Shown: piece by piece, positions 1 through 9,174 of the stretch
Layout of the letters: each line of letters starts with the position of its first letter
Numbering within the stretch: the first letter of the stretch is position 1
DNA from: Candidatus Heimdallarchaeum endolithica
GTDB lineage: Archaea > Asgardarchaeota > Heimdallarchaeia > Heimdallarchaeales > Heimdallarchaeaceae
Reading direction: 5' to 3'
DNA: 64,000 nt
Assembly: GCA_021513715.1 (NCBI GenBank)
Contig: CP084167.1
Span: 2,528,001 to 2,592,000, forward strand
The notes under the pieces: model-generated
What the model was told of the DNA's origin: nothing
The model's database searches: none
The model's input: only the letters and a program-made list of their open reading frames with translations
Program-made: the position numbers and the translations under genes

Positions 1-430
1 ACATTTGTTTCAGTTTTTCTGATATTTTATCTAGTAATTGTTCGAGTTCAAGTAACTCTGTTTCTTTTCTTGCTTTTAATTGACTTTCAATGTTTTCTTT
101 GAATTGCTTCAAATCTCTTAAGTCTGATATGTATTGCTCAACTTTCTCCTTCTTTTTTTCTACAATTTCTGGTATATCTTCAATTGATTCAACAGAAGGA
201 AATAGTTTAAGTTCCCCTCTTTCTTTCGCTACTATTAACTTACTTATCTCATTATCTAACTTGTCAATATTATGGTTAACTGCATATATTTTTTGATTGA
301 TTTTTATTAAAATTTCTTGAGCTCTAGCGATTATTGGGGATTGCTCTTTCTTTTTTCTTAGTAAAATAAACATTATTGAGATTAAAACTACTCCAACTAA
401 ACATAAAATTATTATTAAACTGGTTTGCAT
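1..430 (-). CDS. Membrane-anchored coiled-coil hypothetical protein (3' end runs off the window)
   Basis: Hand-translated from ATG at 430: MQTSLIIILCLVGVVLISIMFILLRKKKEQ... An N-terminal TM helix is followed by heptad-rich E/K/L sequence, open to position 1. Not in the ORF track. Confidence 0.75.
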   Translation of the reverse strand, partial: MQTSLIIILCLVGVVLISIMFILLRKKKEQSPIIARAQEILIKINQKIYAVNHNIDKLDNEISKLIVAKERGELKLFPSVESIEDIPEIVEKKKEKVEQYISDLRDLKQFKENIESQLKARKETELLELEQLLDKISEKLKQM

Positions 431-558
431 AATTAAAGGAATCTATACTACTAAAAAAAACTATTGAAACTTAAATACACTTTTTAGAAATTCGTTTTAC
501 CAAAACTATTGAAAAGTTATTTGTATAATACTAAAAAAAGGAATAGTAGTAAAAAAAG

Positions 559-1986
559 TTAGAGTTGTTTGTAATTAATAATCCTAACTGTTAATGGTTT
601 CTTTGAAATATCTGCGATTCTAGCACCAATTATAAGTGAGATCCCTTTTGTATGAGCGATTTCAAGCAGTCTTTGTGTTACTACTCCATCAACAATCATT
701 GTTTGAGCTTTTTCAATATCTTGTAGTTTATTGAAGATCTCTTTTACTGAACTTTTTAGTACAACATTATAATCTTCGTCAAAAACAACTGCTTCAAATT
801 GTTGTTTTATATCATTTATTGCTTTTTCTAGTTGTTCAGGGAGTCTTACTCTTCTTGTTACTCGTCTAGTGTATTGTTGTCTTCCACTTTGTGAATAACT
901 TCTTTGTTGCATAGTGCTTTGAGCGTATCCTCTTTGTTGTCTTCCACTTTGTGAATAACTTCTTTGTTGTCTTCCACTTTGTGAATAACTTCTTTGTTGA
1001 TGCTGTCCTATTTGTTCCTTTTGAGGCATGTGTCTGTGATGAACTTCTTGTTCATCTCTTTTTTTACGTTTTTTTGGTTCCTCTTTCCTCTTTGTTTTTG
1101 CTTTGAATTCTGCAACAGTAGTCCCTTTATCGCTTCCTGTTAAGAATACTGCTTGCTGTATTGGAACTGCATTTTTCAGCGCTTTATGTATCTCTGCTTC
1201 TGTGAGATCTTCTACTTCTTTCCCTAGAGGAGCTCTTGCCACATAATTTATGTTAGCAACTTGAATTAGTTCTTTTAAAATTAGATCTGCCCCTCTGTCT
1301 CCATCAAGAAAAGCAGTTACTGTTTTATTTTTTATCAACTCTAATAATTTTTTAGGTATACTTGTTCCATTTACTGCAATTGTGTTATCTATACCTACTT
1401 TCATTAGATTTATTACATCTGCCCTACCTTCTACCAAAATAACCTTGGATGATTTTTCAAATCCTGGTCCTGCGTTGAATTTCTCATCTGTTAAACGGAC
1501 TACTGAAGATTCTTTTACCTTTTTTGATGATTCTTCAACTTCTCTCTGAATTGAAGCACTAAAAGGGCTTACTTTTTCATCCCATTGTCTAATAATCTCT
1601 GCAGCTCGATTTACAATTGCTTTTCTCTTTTTTATTCTTACATCAGTTATTTCATTTAGTTTTATTTCACAATTGCAAGGTCCAACCCTGTCTACTGTCT
1701 CAAGAGTTGCTGCTAAAATTGCAGTTTCAGTCCTTGATAGACTAGAAGGGATGATAATTTCACCTGTAGTTATTCCTTCTTTACTAGATATTTTTACATC
1801 AATTCTTCCAATTTTACCAGTTTTTTGTAATTCTCTAATATCTAATTCTTCACTAAGTAAACCATCTGTTTGGCCATACAATGCACCTATAATATCTGGT
1901 TTTTCTACTATTCCCACTACTCTAAAATTTGCATGTATCTCATATTTTGTCGTTGCTGTATCGGTTTTAGCACCCATTTTCATCAT
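559..1986 (-). CDS. dnaG: Archaeal DnaG-type primase / exosome-associated DnaG
   Basis: N-terminal KYEIHANF..G.VEKPDIIGALYGQTDGLL; TOPRIM motifs VEGRADV and DGDRG; C-terminal DGVVTQRL. Confidence 0.95.
   Translation of the reverse strand: MMKMGAKTDTATTKYEIHANFRVVGIVEKPDIIGALYGQTDGLLSEELDIRELQKTGKIGRIDVKISSKEGITTGEIIIPSSLSRTETAILAATLETVDRVGPCNCEIKLNEITDVRIKKRKAIVNRAAEIIRQWDEKVSPFSASIQREVEESSKKVKESSVVRLTDEKFNAGPGFEKSSKVILVEGRADVINLMKVGIDNTIAVNGTSIPKKLLELIKNKTVTAFLDGDRGADLILKELIQVANINYVARAPLGKEVEDLTEAEIHKALKNAVPIQQAVFLTGSDKGTTVAEFKAKTKRKEEPKKRKKRDEQEVHHRHMPQKEQIGQHQQRSYSQSGRQQRSYSQSGRQQRGYAQSTMQQRSYSQSGRQQYTRRVTRRVRLPEQLEKAINDIKQQFEAVVFDEDYNVVLKSSVKEIFNKLQDIEKAQTMIVDGVVTQRLLEIAHTKGISLIIGARIADISKKPLTVRIINYKQL
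871..1000. repeat. 30-bp coding tandem repeat (about 4.3 units) inside dnaG
   Basis: TCTTTGTTGTCTTCCACTTTGTGAATAACT at 931-960 and 961-990; variants at 871-900 and 901-930. Encodes QQRSYSQSGR. Confidence 0.9.
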
Positions 1987-2399
1987 CTCGTGTATCTTTT
2001 TTCTTAAGTAAGAATGGATACAGCGTTTCCTCTAACTCTCCCTACCTACTCTCTACAATAACATTAGTCAAATTTGTTAAATCAATTTATACTACTTTAT
2101 TTATTATGAATTATGATATTGTGATGTGATCGTGATGAGTCAGAGGATAGTTCTATCCATATTATTCTTGTTATTATTTTGACTCAATATTTTTACTTAT
2201 CATGTCTGAAGTTTGTTTCTAATATTTTATCAGACTTCATGACTAATTGCACATATAATATTAAAAAACTTACCATACTGTACAAAGAGTAACAATTAAA
2301 ACTCCAAAATGTTGACATTTTAGATTTAAGAGCTATTTAATGTGTTTTTTAATTTTACAGTTAAGAAAAAACTAAAAGAATGTTCAATTACTGTAAATT

Positions 2400-3056
2400 A
2401 TGAACAAATTTACTTCTCATTTCCTTCATCTGAGTGAAGATATCTCTCTTCATTATTTAAAGTTGGGAGAATCTAAAGATGTAATTATCCTAATTCACGG
2501 CGGAGATAGAAAATTCCAAAATGCACAATATTGGACACCTCTCTTTAATGATTTGTCAAATAGTTTTACAGTTTTCGCAATTGACCTTTTAGGACACGGC
2601 AAGTCAGTTCTTGGAGGATCTCTAGTGCAAAGTCAAAGAGCATCAATTGAAATACAAGTAAAGGCGTTGAAAAAGTTTAGTGATAAAATATTATTGAACT
2701 ATGAAAAAAAGATCTGGGTGGGTCGATCCTATGGTGCAAATGTCGTTTTACACTTTGCACATAAATACCCGGAAATGGTGTCTCATTTATCTCTAATAGC
2801 TCCTGCTGTTTCTAGTCTTCTTGTTGAAAATATAAGTAATCTAGTAAAGAAAAAACCTTTAATGCTTTTTTGGGCAGAGAATGATCCAATTGTCCCCTTT
2901 TCCCATAATCATCTTTTCATTAAACATTTTACAAATTGTAAGTTAGTGGATGCAGGAGTTGTTTCATTCTCTGAAACAGAGAAATGGAAAGCTCATACTC
3001 CTGAGATTGAAAAAAAAGATTTGTTTGTCTCTAATTTTTTAGAATTTTTTCTTTAA
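2400..3056 (+). CDS. Alpha/beta hydrolase
   Basis: HGG oxyanion motif, DLLGHGKS, nucleophile elbow GRSYG, Asp (ENDPIV), His (AHTPE). Confidence 0.85.
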   Translation: MNKFTSHFLHLSEDISLHYLKLGESKDVIILIHGGDRKFQNAQYWTPLFNDLSNSFTVFAIDLLGHGKSVLGGSLVQSQRASIEIQVKALKKFSDKILLNYEKKIWVGRSYGANVVLHFAHKYPEMVSHLSLIAPAVSSLLVENISNLVKKKPLMLFWAENDPIVPFSHNHLFIKHFTNCKLVDAGVVSFSETEKWKAHTPEIEKKDLFVSNFLEFFL

Positions 3057-3100
3057 CTCCTTTTTTACTAAAAAAAATAATAATAGGGGTTGATTGAAAA

Positions 3101-3604
3101 CTATACATATTCTATGTAGACTCCAGTACCCAATATTGATGAAACTGTTTGTACTAGTACTTCTTCTGATATTGGGAGCTTATTTTTGTATTTTTTACTA
3201 ATCTCAACTTTGTATTCTTTGTCGCTAAAAGGAGGAATATATAAAACAGTAACATTTTGCACTGGTGTAGGGTCAATTAAGCTTTCTACTAGTTTTTTTG
3301 GATCATTTGTTTTTTTCAAGAATCGTATTTTTTTAGCAGCTATACTCTCCAATTCTAGCAAAACATAGTCTGAAGATAAAGTTGGGACATCTTGGCTTCG
3401 TACAACTAGGATTACTAAATCTTCTAATTCGATTGAAGAGTAAAAGTGAATATCATTAAGTTCTTTGTGTGTTTTGGCTAGATCTACTAGTAATTTTGAG
3501 ATATCTATGTCTAAATCACTGATTTTTCCTTCTCTGTAAAGAACCTTACATTTTCTACATAGAGTATTTGTTTGAGCGTCAATACGACATATTGGAAGTT
3601 TCAT
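3101..3604 (-). CDS. NusA-like archaeal transcription factor (N-terminal Cys motif, KH-like)
   Basis: MKLPIC..D.....LC.KC......G.ISDLDIDISK pattern typical of archaeal NusA-like paralogs. Confidence 0.7.
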   Translation of the reverse strand: MKLPICRIDAQTNTLCRKCKVLYREGKISDLDIDISKLLVDLAKTHKELNDIHFYSSIELEDLVILVVRSQDVPTLSSDYVLLELESIAAKKIRFLKKTNDPKKLVESLIDPTPVQNVTVLYIPPFSDKEYKVEISKKYKNKLPISEEVLVQTVSSILGTGVYIEYV

Positions 3605-3847
3605 TCTACATCACGTATGGCAAATTATTAGTTCTAAATTTCAAGTTTTATTTAAAAAACTATTTATCATTTCAGATTTGATAAACAACTTTATATTTGT
3701 TTCAAATACATAGATTTCTGCTATATTTTGATTTTTTACTAATTTTATTGACTTAGTGTTAATTTTAACATTTACTAAAAAGTTATACAAATATAATTGA
3801 GAACTAAAGATATTAAATTAATAGAAAGAAAGAATTAAGTTTTGTTA

Positions 3848-4945
3848 CTATATTAGTCCTCTTTCCATAAGCACTCTAAATTCTTCAAGAGATAAACTCT
3901 CGCCGTTTTTATATTTTGTCAGAATAGCTTCAGCTCTTGAATCTAGAATTTCGTCTCTTATTTGTTTAGCTCTGATTTTCCTTTCTTTTCTTCGTGCTTT
4001 TAGCTCAATTCCTACTGTTTTTTGAAGTATTTTCATATCTTTTGTTATTGCATCTAGTTCTTTCTTTATTTCTTTAATCTTAGCGCTAATAGTTAATACT
4101 TCTGCGTGTAATGAGTCTGCTTCTTCTTTTGCCATTTTTGCCTCTTTTGTTGCTTCAACCATTCTCTTTTGATGGACCTGGGATTGATTAGCTAGTGTAG
4201 TAACACTTGTGTGATATGTTTTAATTTCCATTTGCATTTGGCGAAGTTTGTTTTGCATTTCTTTGATTTCACTCTTTAATTCTCTAAAAATTTCTAGTTT
4301 CTCAAGCGCTCCACTTAATGCTTCTAACTGCTTAAGAGTTTCTCTTTCTTGATCTTTATCCAGAAAAGGAGTTGTTTCTAGTTTTCTTTCAATGGCTCTT
4401 ATTTTTTCGCCTACTCTTCTATCTCTAGGAGCTCCAACATCTTTTATCTTTGAGGATAGTTCTAAAAGTCTGTTTTTGATCTTCTCTGCTTCTTCTTTCA
4501 GGATATCTCTCATTTGCTTTCTAACTTGCACTTCTTCGTTGATTTTGTCTCTTTTCTCTTTTTCACTTCTTGATTCTTGGAAAAGTCTCTTTACAAGTTC
4601 GTTTTTCTCGTCTCGTAATTTTCTCTTTTCGCTTCTCTCTTCTAAAAGTTGGTGTAACTCATTAGAAAGCATACTTCGTCTTTGTCTAAGATAGTTCAGT
4701 TTTTCCTTCTTTTCATCAAGACTGAGACCAGCAAAACGTGATTCTTCTTTTTGTTTTTGGTCTTCTTTTTGTTCTTCAGTATCTGATTTTGGGGTAGTTT
4801 GTTCTTGTTTCTGTTCTTGTACTTGTTCTTGTACTTGTTCTTGTACTTGTTCTTGCACCTGTTCTGGATTATCCTTGTTTTTCCCTGTTAATTCAGATTC
4901 ACTCTCTTCCTCTTTGATATTAATATTTTCCTCGTTCGAGCTCAT
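3848..4945 (-). CDS. Archaeal coiled-coil protein (COG1340-like)
   Basis: Long heptads with RDE.N repeats, ADSLH, and C-terminal KYKNGESLSLEEF. Confidence 0.7.
   Translation of the reverse strand: MSSNEENINIKEEESESELTGKNKDNPEQVQEQVQEQVQEQVQEQKQEQTTPKSDTEEQKEDQKQKEESRFAGLSLDEKKEKLNYLRQRRSMLSNELHQLLEERSEKRKLRDEKNELVKRLFQESRSEKEKRDKINEEVQVRKQMRDILKEEAEKIKNRLLELSSKIKDVGAPRDRRVGEKIRAIERKLETTPFLDKDQERETLKQLEALSGALEKLEIFRELKSEIKEMQNKLRQMQMEIKTYHTSVTTLANQSQVHQKRMVEATKEAKMAKEEADSLHAEVLTISAKIKEIKKELDAITKDMKILQKTVGIELKARRKERKIRAKQIRDEILDSRAEAILTKYKNGESLSLEEFRVLMERGLI
4812..4865. repeat. 12-bp coding tandem repeat (EQVQ)
   Basis: TGTTCTTGTACT x3, then TGTTCTTGCACC. Confidence 0.85.
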
Positions 4946-5033
4946 TTGTCAGCACACTAGAAGTTCTAAATTCTTTTTTAGCAAAGAGTTTAACACTCTC
5001 TGCGACACAACCTTTGGATAAAGGAGATTATTA

Positions 5034-5192
5034 TTATTTCTTGTCAGATCGTCTCATACGTAGATTCTTTGATCTACATTTTCTACATTTTTTTGCAGTT
5101 ATCGGGTTAGTAGCTGAGCATTCTCTACAAACCTTTACATCCATCAGATGTGCTCGTGCTATTGCGCGATGTTCGGGATTAGTTACTGGCAT
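5034..5192 (-). CDS. rpl40e: 50S ribosomal protein L40e
   Basis: Hand-translated 52 aa: MPVTNPEHRAIARAHLMDVKVCRECSATNPITAKKCRKCRSKNLRMRRSDKK, with the C..C.A.NP..A..CRKC....LR signature. Below the ORF-track cutoff. Confidence 0.93.
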   Translation of the reverse strand: MPVTNPEHRAIARAHLMDVKVCRECSATNPITAKKCRKCRSKNLRMRRSDKK

Positions 5193-5426
5193 TTTTTTAA
5201 ACTCCTATAATTCTCCTTTACGTGTCCTAATTTCTGCTCTGTGTTTGATATTAAAAAAATTTCTATCGGTGTCTTGAACTTTTGTCTAAAAGAGAATTTA
5301 CCAAACAAAATTTAGTGTAAATGTTTCTTCATCTAGAAAAAGATTTGCCATTTATGAATCTATGTTTTAGAAAGACTAAAAAGTGATGGTGTTTTGAATT
5401 ACTCAAAGCGGTTTAATAATTGTCGA

Positions 5427-6659
5427 ATGGCGGTTATAACAATGAATAAAACTATACAAGAAACGCTTAAATGGTTCGAAAATGAAATTTCTTCTGAACT
5501 TGCTAAACCCAGAAAAACTGCTTCTAAGCACCTTGATGTAATAAAAGACAGAGTAAACGATATTAAAGATACATCTGAAAGGTTTGATTATAGTGATGTT
5601 AATGATCCTGATGTTTATCAAAATTATGCAACATCTATTTATAAGAAAACTTTAGCAAAAATGAATGAAATTGAGTTTCCAGAAGTGATTACATATAAAA
5701 ATATTGAGGATTTTTATAGTAGAACTTTAAATATCCTTAATTCATATATTGAAATTTTAGCGAAATATTTGACTTGGCTTAAAAGAGACCGTTCTTATAA
5801 AACTAGAGTTAAAAACTTAGATAGAGCTATTACTAGATTACAGCAAGAATTGTATAAGCTTAACACAAAGACACTTGATGAATATTTAGAGTATGAAAAA
5901 TATGAGAGTGTAATTGACGATTTAAACTATTTACAAGAATTAGTTAACAGAAAAAAAGAGATTGAAGATGAAATTGAATCTCATAGAGATGATATTGAGC
6001 GATTAGAAAAAATGATCGCAGAAAAAGAACATGAAAAAGAAGAACTAGAAGGCCATCCTGGCTTTGCACAGCTAAAAGAAAATAAGACAAAACTTTCACA
6101 GATTGAAATTACAATCTCTTCCAAAGTTAATGAAATTAAAAAATTATGTTCGAAGATACTTAAGGCTGCTGATTCAAGAAAAGTTGAACTTGATGATTAT
6201 ATACGAGAATTGATTAAATCCATTATCAAAAATCCACTGGAAGAACTTGTTAAGGAAGCTGATGGATATCCTGGAATTAAAAGCATGTTAAAAGAAATTA
6301 GAAAAATTAGTGATTCACCAAATATTCAAATGAAAAAAGAAAAACTAGAGAAAGCTTTTAACAATATGGAAGAAATTCTGAATGACAGCTTACTTGATTT
6401 ACAAAAAGAAGCTAAATTTCTATTAAAGCAAACGCAAGCTATTGAAGAAAAATTTGCTGAATTAGAAATAGACAGGAAAATAGCCAAATTAAAACGTGAA
6501 ATTGAAGACCTAAAAATAGATAAAGATAGAATAACATTAGCCCAACGAAGAGAATTAGCTGAAATAAATAAAGAAGTGAAAAATCTTCATGAAGATTTAA
6601 TGAAACGTATAGAAGAATACACTGGAAAGCAAGTAAACATTCTTTTAAACGCCATTTAA
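5427..6659 (+). CDS. Long coiled-coil hypothetical protein
   Basis: About 410 aa, E/K/L-rich heptads, no Walker motif. Start is uncertain (5394, 5427 or 5442). Confidence 0.7.
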   Translation: MAVITMNKTIQETLKWFENEISSELAKPRKTASKHLDVIKDRVNDIKDTSERFDYSDVNDPDVYQNYATSIYKKTLAKMNEIEFPEVITYKNIEDFYSRTLNILNSYIEILAKYLTWLKRDRSYKTRVKNLDRAITRLQQELYKLNTKTLDEYLEYEKYESVIDDLNYLQELVNRKKEIEDEIESHRDDIERLEKMIAEKEHEKEELEGHPGFAQLKENKTKLSQIEITISSKVNEIKKLCSKILKAADSRKVELDDYIRELIKSIIKNPLEELVKEADGYPGIKSMLKEIRKISDSPNIQMKKEKLEKAFNNMEEILNDSLLDLQKEAKFLLKQTQAIEEKFAELEIDRKIAKLKREIEDLKIDKDRITLAQRRELAEINKEVKNLHEDLMKRIEEYTGKQVNILLNAI

Positions 6660-6825
6660 TTCTGTTTTTTTCTTTTTTTATAAAAAAAGTATCTTGCAAT
6701 TACCAACACAATTTTTAAATGATATAACTAAATGATATACGATAGTAAACATAGAACAACATTTAATATGTTTAACGTCATTTAGCATATTAAGGATATG
6801 TAAATGTATTTGAGGAGAATCAACT

Positions 6826-7128
6826 ATGATTTCACAAAAACAATTTGAAGAAACTCTGAAAAAGTTGGAAAGCCATCCTAGTGTGAGGGGAGTTATTATA
6901 ACAAGTAATGATGGTTTACCTATCTCTAGTACAAAAAATCTTTCAGTAGAAATGCGAGAAAATGTTTCAGCATTAGTAGCTTCCTTAGTCGGAAGGGCTA
7001 AAGCTGTTGTTAGTGAACTAGAAGAAGGAGACTTGAATTTCTTTACTTTAGATACAACGAAGGGTGAGATTCTTGTCGCTCCAGAACAAGATTATGTGTT
7101 AATCGTTTTACGAAATAAGCAAAAATAG
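6826..7128 (+). CDS. Roadblock/LC7 domain protein (MglB-like)
   Basis: [15 protein letters not shown]..., [11 protein letters not shown]....LDT.KGEILV; about 100 aa; GGAG SD-like motif upstream. Confidence 0.9.
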   Translation: MISQKQFEETLKKLESHPSVRGVIITSNDGLPISSTKNLSVEMRENVSALVASLVGRAKAVVSELEEGDLNFFTLDTTKGEILVAPEQDYVLIVLRNKQK

Positions 7129-7196
7129 AGTCACCATTAGTAGAAATTATATATAAAAGAAATAGGTTTCATTAAACAACGGAAGAGAGAGTTAGA

Positions 7197-7763
7197 ATGA
7201 GAAAAGATGCCTCAGGAAAGCAACACTTTAAGATAGTGTTTGTTGGACCTAGTTTAGCTGGAAAAACAACTTTACTTAGAAGACTGCATTCTGATGTTAC
7301 TGGCATAAAGAAGGGGGGATTAAATAGTATTGAAGACCCTTCTGGAAGAACAATATATTTTGATTTTTCTCCCTTTATGGCAACATCAAATGTTATTTTA
7401 GATATTTATACAGTAGCAGGACAAAAAAGGCATAGACATCAAAGAGCGTTGGTTTTGAAGGGTGTCGATGGTCTCTTATTTGTTGCTGACTCTTCAAGGG
7501 CAATGTTAGCCGATAATGTAGAGTCAGCTGAAGAATTAAAAAAAGAACTTGGAGATAAATTAAACAAAGAGATTCCTTTAGTTATTGTTCTAAACAAACG
7601 TGACTTACCTGATGCAATGGACAAACGAGAGTTAATTGATGCTCTAAATCTTGGAACAAATCTACCAGTCTATGAAACAATTGCAACAGAAGGTATCGGT
7701 GTTAAACGCGCTTTTCAGTCTCTAGCTAGAGAAGTATTATTGAAACAAGTTTATAATATGTAG
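7197..7763 (+). CDS. MglA-like small GTPase
   Basis: G1 GPSLAGKTT, RTIYFDF (MglA RTLFFDF), G3 YTVAGQ lacking Asp as in MglA, G4 NKRD. Confidence 0.88.
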   Translation: MRKDASGKQHFKIVFVGPSLAGKTTLLRRLHSDVTGIKKGGLNSIEDPSGRTIYFDFSPFMATSNVILDIYTVAGQKRHRHQRALVLKGVDGLLFVADSSRAMLADNVESAEELKKELGDKLNKEIPLVIVLNKRDLPDAMDKRELIDALNLGTNLPVYETIATEGIGVKRAFQSLAREVLLKQVYNM

Positions 7764-7769
7764 AAGCAA

Positions 7770-9125
7770 TTGTTTCATAATAAGATGAATTTAGAAAATA
7801 ATTTTTTTGCTTTTTTTTTAGCATGTAAATATCGTTTTAAAAATTTAAAAGGAGAAAAACTTCATAATTATCAAGTAAATCGATTGAAAAAAATCGTGGC
7901 TTACAGTGTAAAAAACTCTCTTTTTTTTAAAAAGTATTATTCTAACTATGATATTAATAAAGTGTTTAGTTTACCTACAGTAAATAAATACATAATGATG
8001 GAAAATTTGTCTGAATACAACACGGTAGGTTTTAAAAAAGAAGAATTAATCAATTTTTGTTTAGAAGTAGAAAAGTCTCGTGATTATTCTAAAAGATATA
8101 AAAACTATAACGTCGCCATGTCATCTGGTACTAGCGGAAATAAAGGAATAGTGATAACTAGTCCTAAAGAAGAACGATATCTAAAAGCAGCTTTTTTTGC
8201 TCGATTTCCTTTTCCTAAAACTCTGAAGTTAAATATTGCTTTTATTTTAAGAGTAAGCACTCCTGCATTTAACATTAATAAATTTGGACAAAAACTTACT
8301 TATTTCAGTTTACTTGATCCTCTGGAAAAAATAGTAAATAACCTTAACTCGCTACAACCAAATATTTTATCTGCTCCTCCTTCAATGCTTAATCTTCTTG
8401 CAAGGGAGCTTAATGAAGGAAAGTTGCACATTAAACCAAAAAAAATTATCTCTTATGCTGAAATTCTCTATCCAGATATTAGACAGAAAGTTGAGGAAAC
8501 TTTTGGAATTAGAATTGATGAAATTTATCAAGCTAGTGAAGGTCCAATTGCTATGAGCTGTAAACATGGTTCGTTACATATTAATGAGGACTTAGTAGCT
8601 GTACAAACTCTAAATAAGGACGATAGTCCAACAGAAAAAGGAGAACTTTGTCATCAACTTGTTGTATCTGATTTATATAAGACATCTCAACCAATAATCC
8701 GCTTTGAACTTAACGATATGATTAGAATAAGCGCAGAAAAATGTACTTGTGGCTCTGGATTTAGGGTAATTGATGAAATTGTAGGACGAACAGATGATCT
8801 GCTAGTTGGTTTTAATTCTTCTACAGGGCAAGTGCAGTATATTTTCCCTGATTATATACGTAGAGCTATTATTTCTTCCTCAGAAAACGTGGTAGAATAT
8901 CAAGCGATTCAAACAAGTAAAAATAGATTGGAAATTTCAATACAATTATCAAAAGATGAAGAAGAATTTCCCAACATAAAAGAGATGATAAAAAGGGCTA
9001 TAGAACAAGTTTTTGAAATTTATAATTGCGAAATTCCTAATGTAGTGGTGAAAATTAGCAAGTCTCAACTTCACCCAGTTTCTAAGAAGTTAATACGAAT
9101 TCAAAGGTCATTTTCTATTAGTTGA
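7770..9125 (+). CDS. Adenylate-forming enzyme (phenylacetate-CoA ligase / F390 synthetase-related)
   Basis: SSGTSGNKG P-loop, IYQASEG, PIIRFELND, CTCGSGFRVI..IVGRTDD. Confidence 0.8.
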   Translation: MFHNKMNLENNFFAFFLACKYRFKNLKGEKLHNYQVNRLKKIVAYSVKNSLFFKKYYSNYDINKVFSLPTVNKYIMMENLSEYNTVGFKKEELINFCLEVEKSRDYSKRYKNYNVAMSSGTSGNKGIVITSPKEERYLKAAFFARFPFPKTLKLNIAFILRVSTPAFNINKFGQKLTYFSLLDPLEKIVNNLNSLQPNILSAPPSMLNLLARELNEGKLHIKPKKIISYAEILYPDIRQKVEETFGIRIDEIYQASEGPIAMSCKHGSLHINEDLVAVQTLNKDDSPTEKGELCHQLVVSDLYKTSQPIIRFELNDMIRISAEKCTCGSGFRVIDEIVGRTDDLLVGFNSSTGQVQYIFPDYIRRAIISSSENVVEYQAIQTSKNRLEISIQLSKDEEEFPNIKEMIKRAIEQVFEIYNCEIPNVVVKISKSQLHPVSKKLIRIQRSFSIS

Positions 9126-9174
9126 AGTTTCTTTTTACTTTAAAACTTATATAGACGAGCATTATTTTCCTTTT

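Noticed and set aside
871-1000. 30-bp repeats as a CRISPR array
   Set aside because: Repeats are contiguous with no spacers, in frame within dnaG, and no cas genes are present.
5014-5277. 87-aa plus-strand ORF
   Set aside because: Antisense shadow of rpl40e (5034-5192, minus strand).
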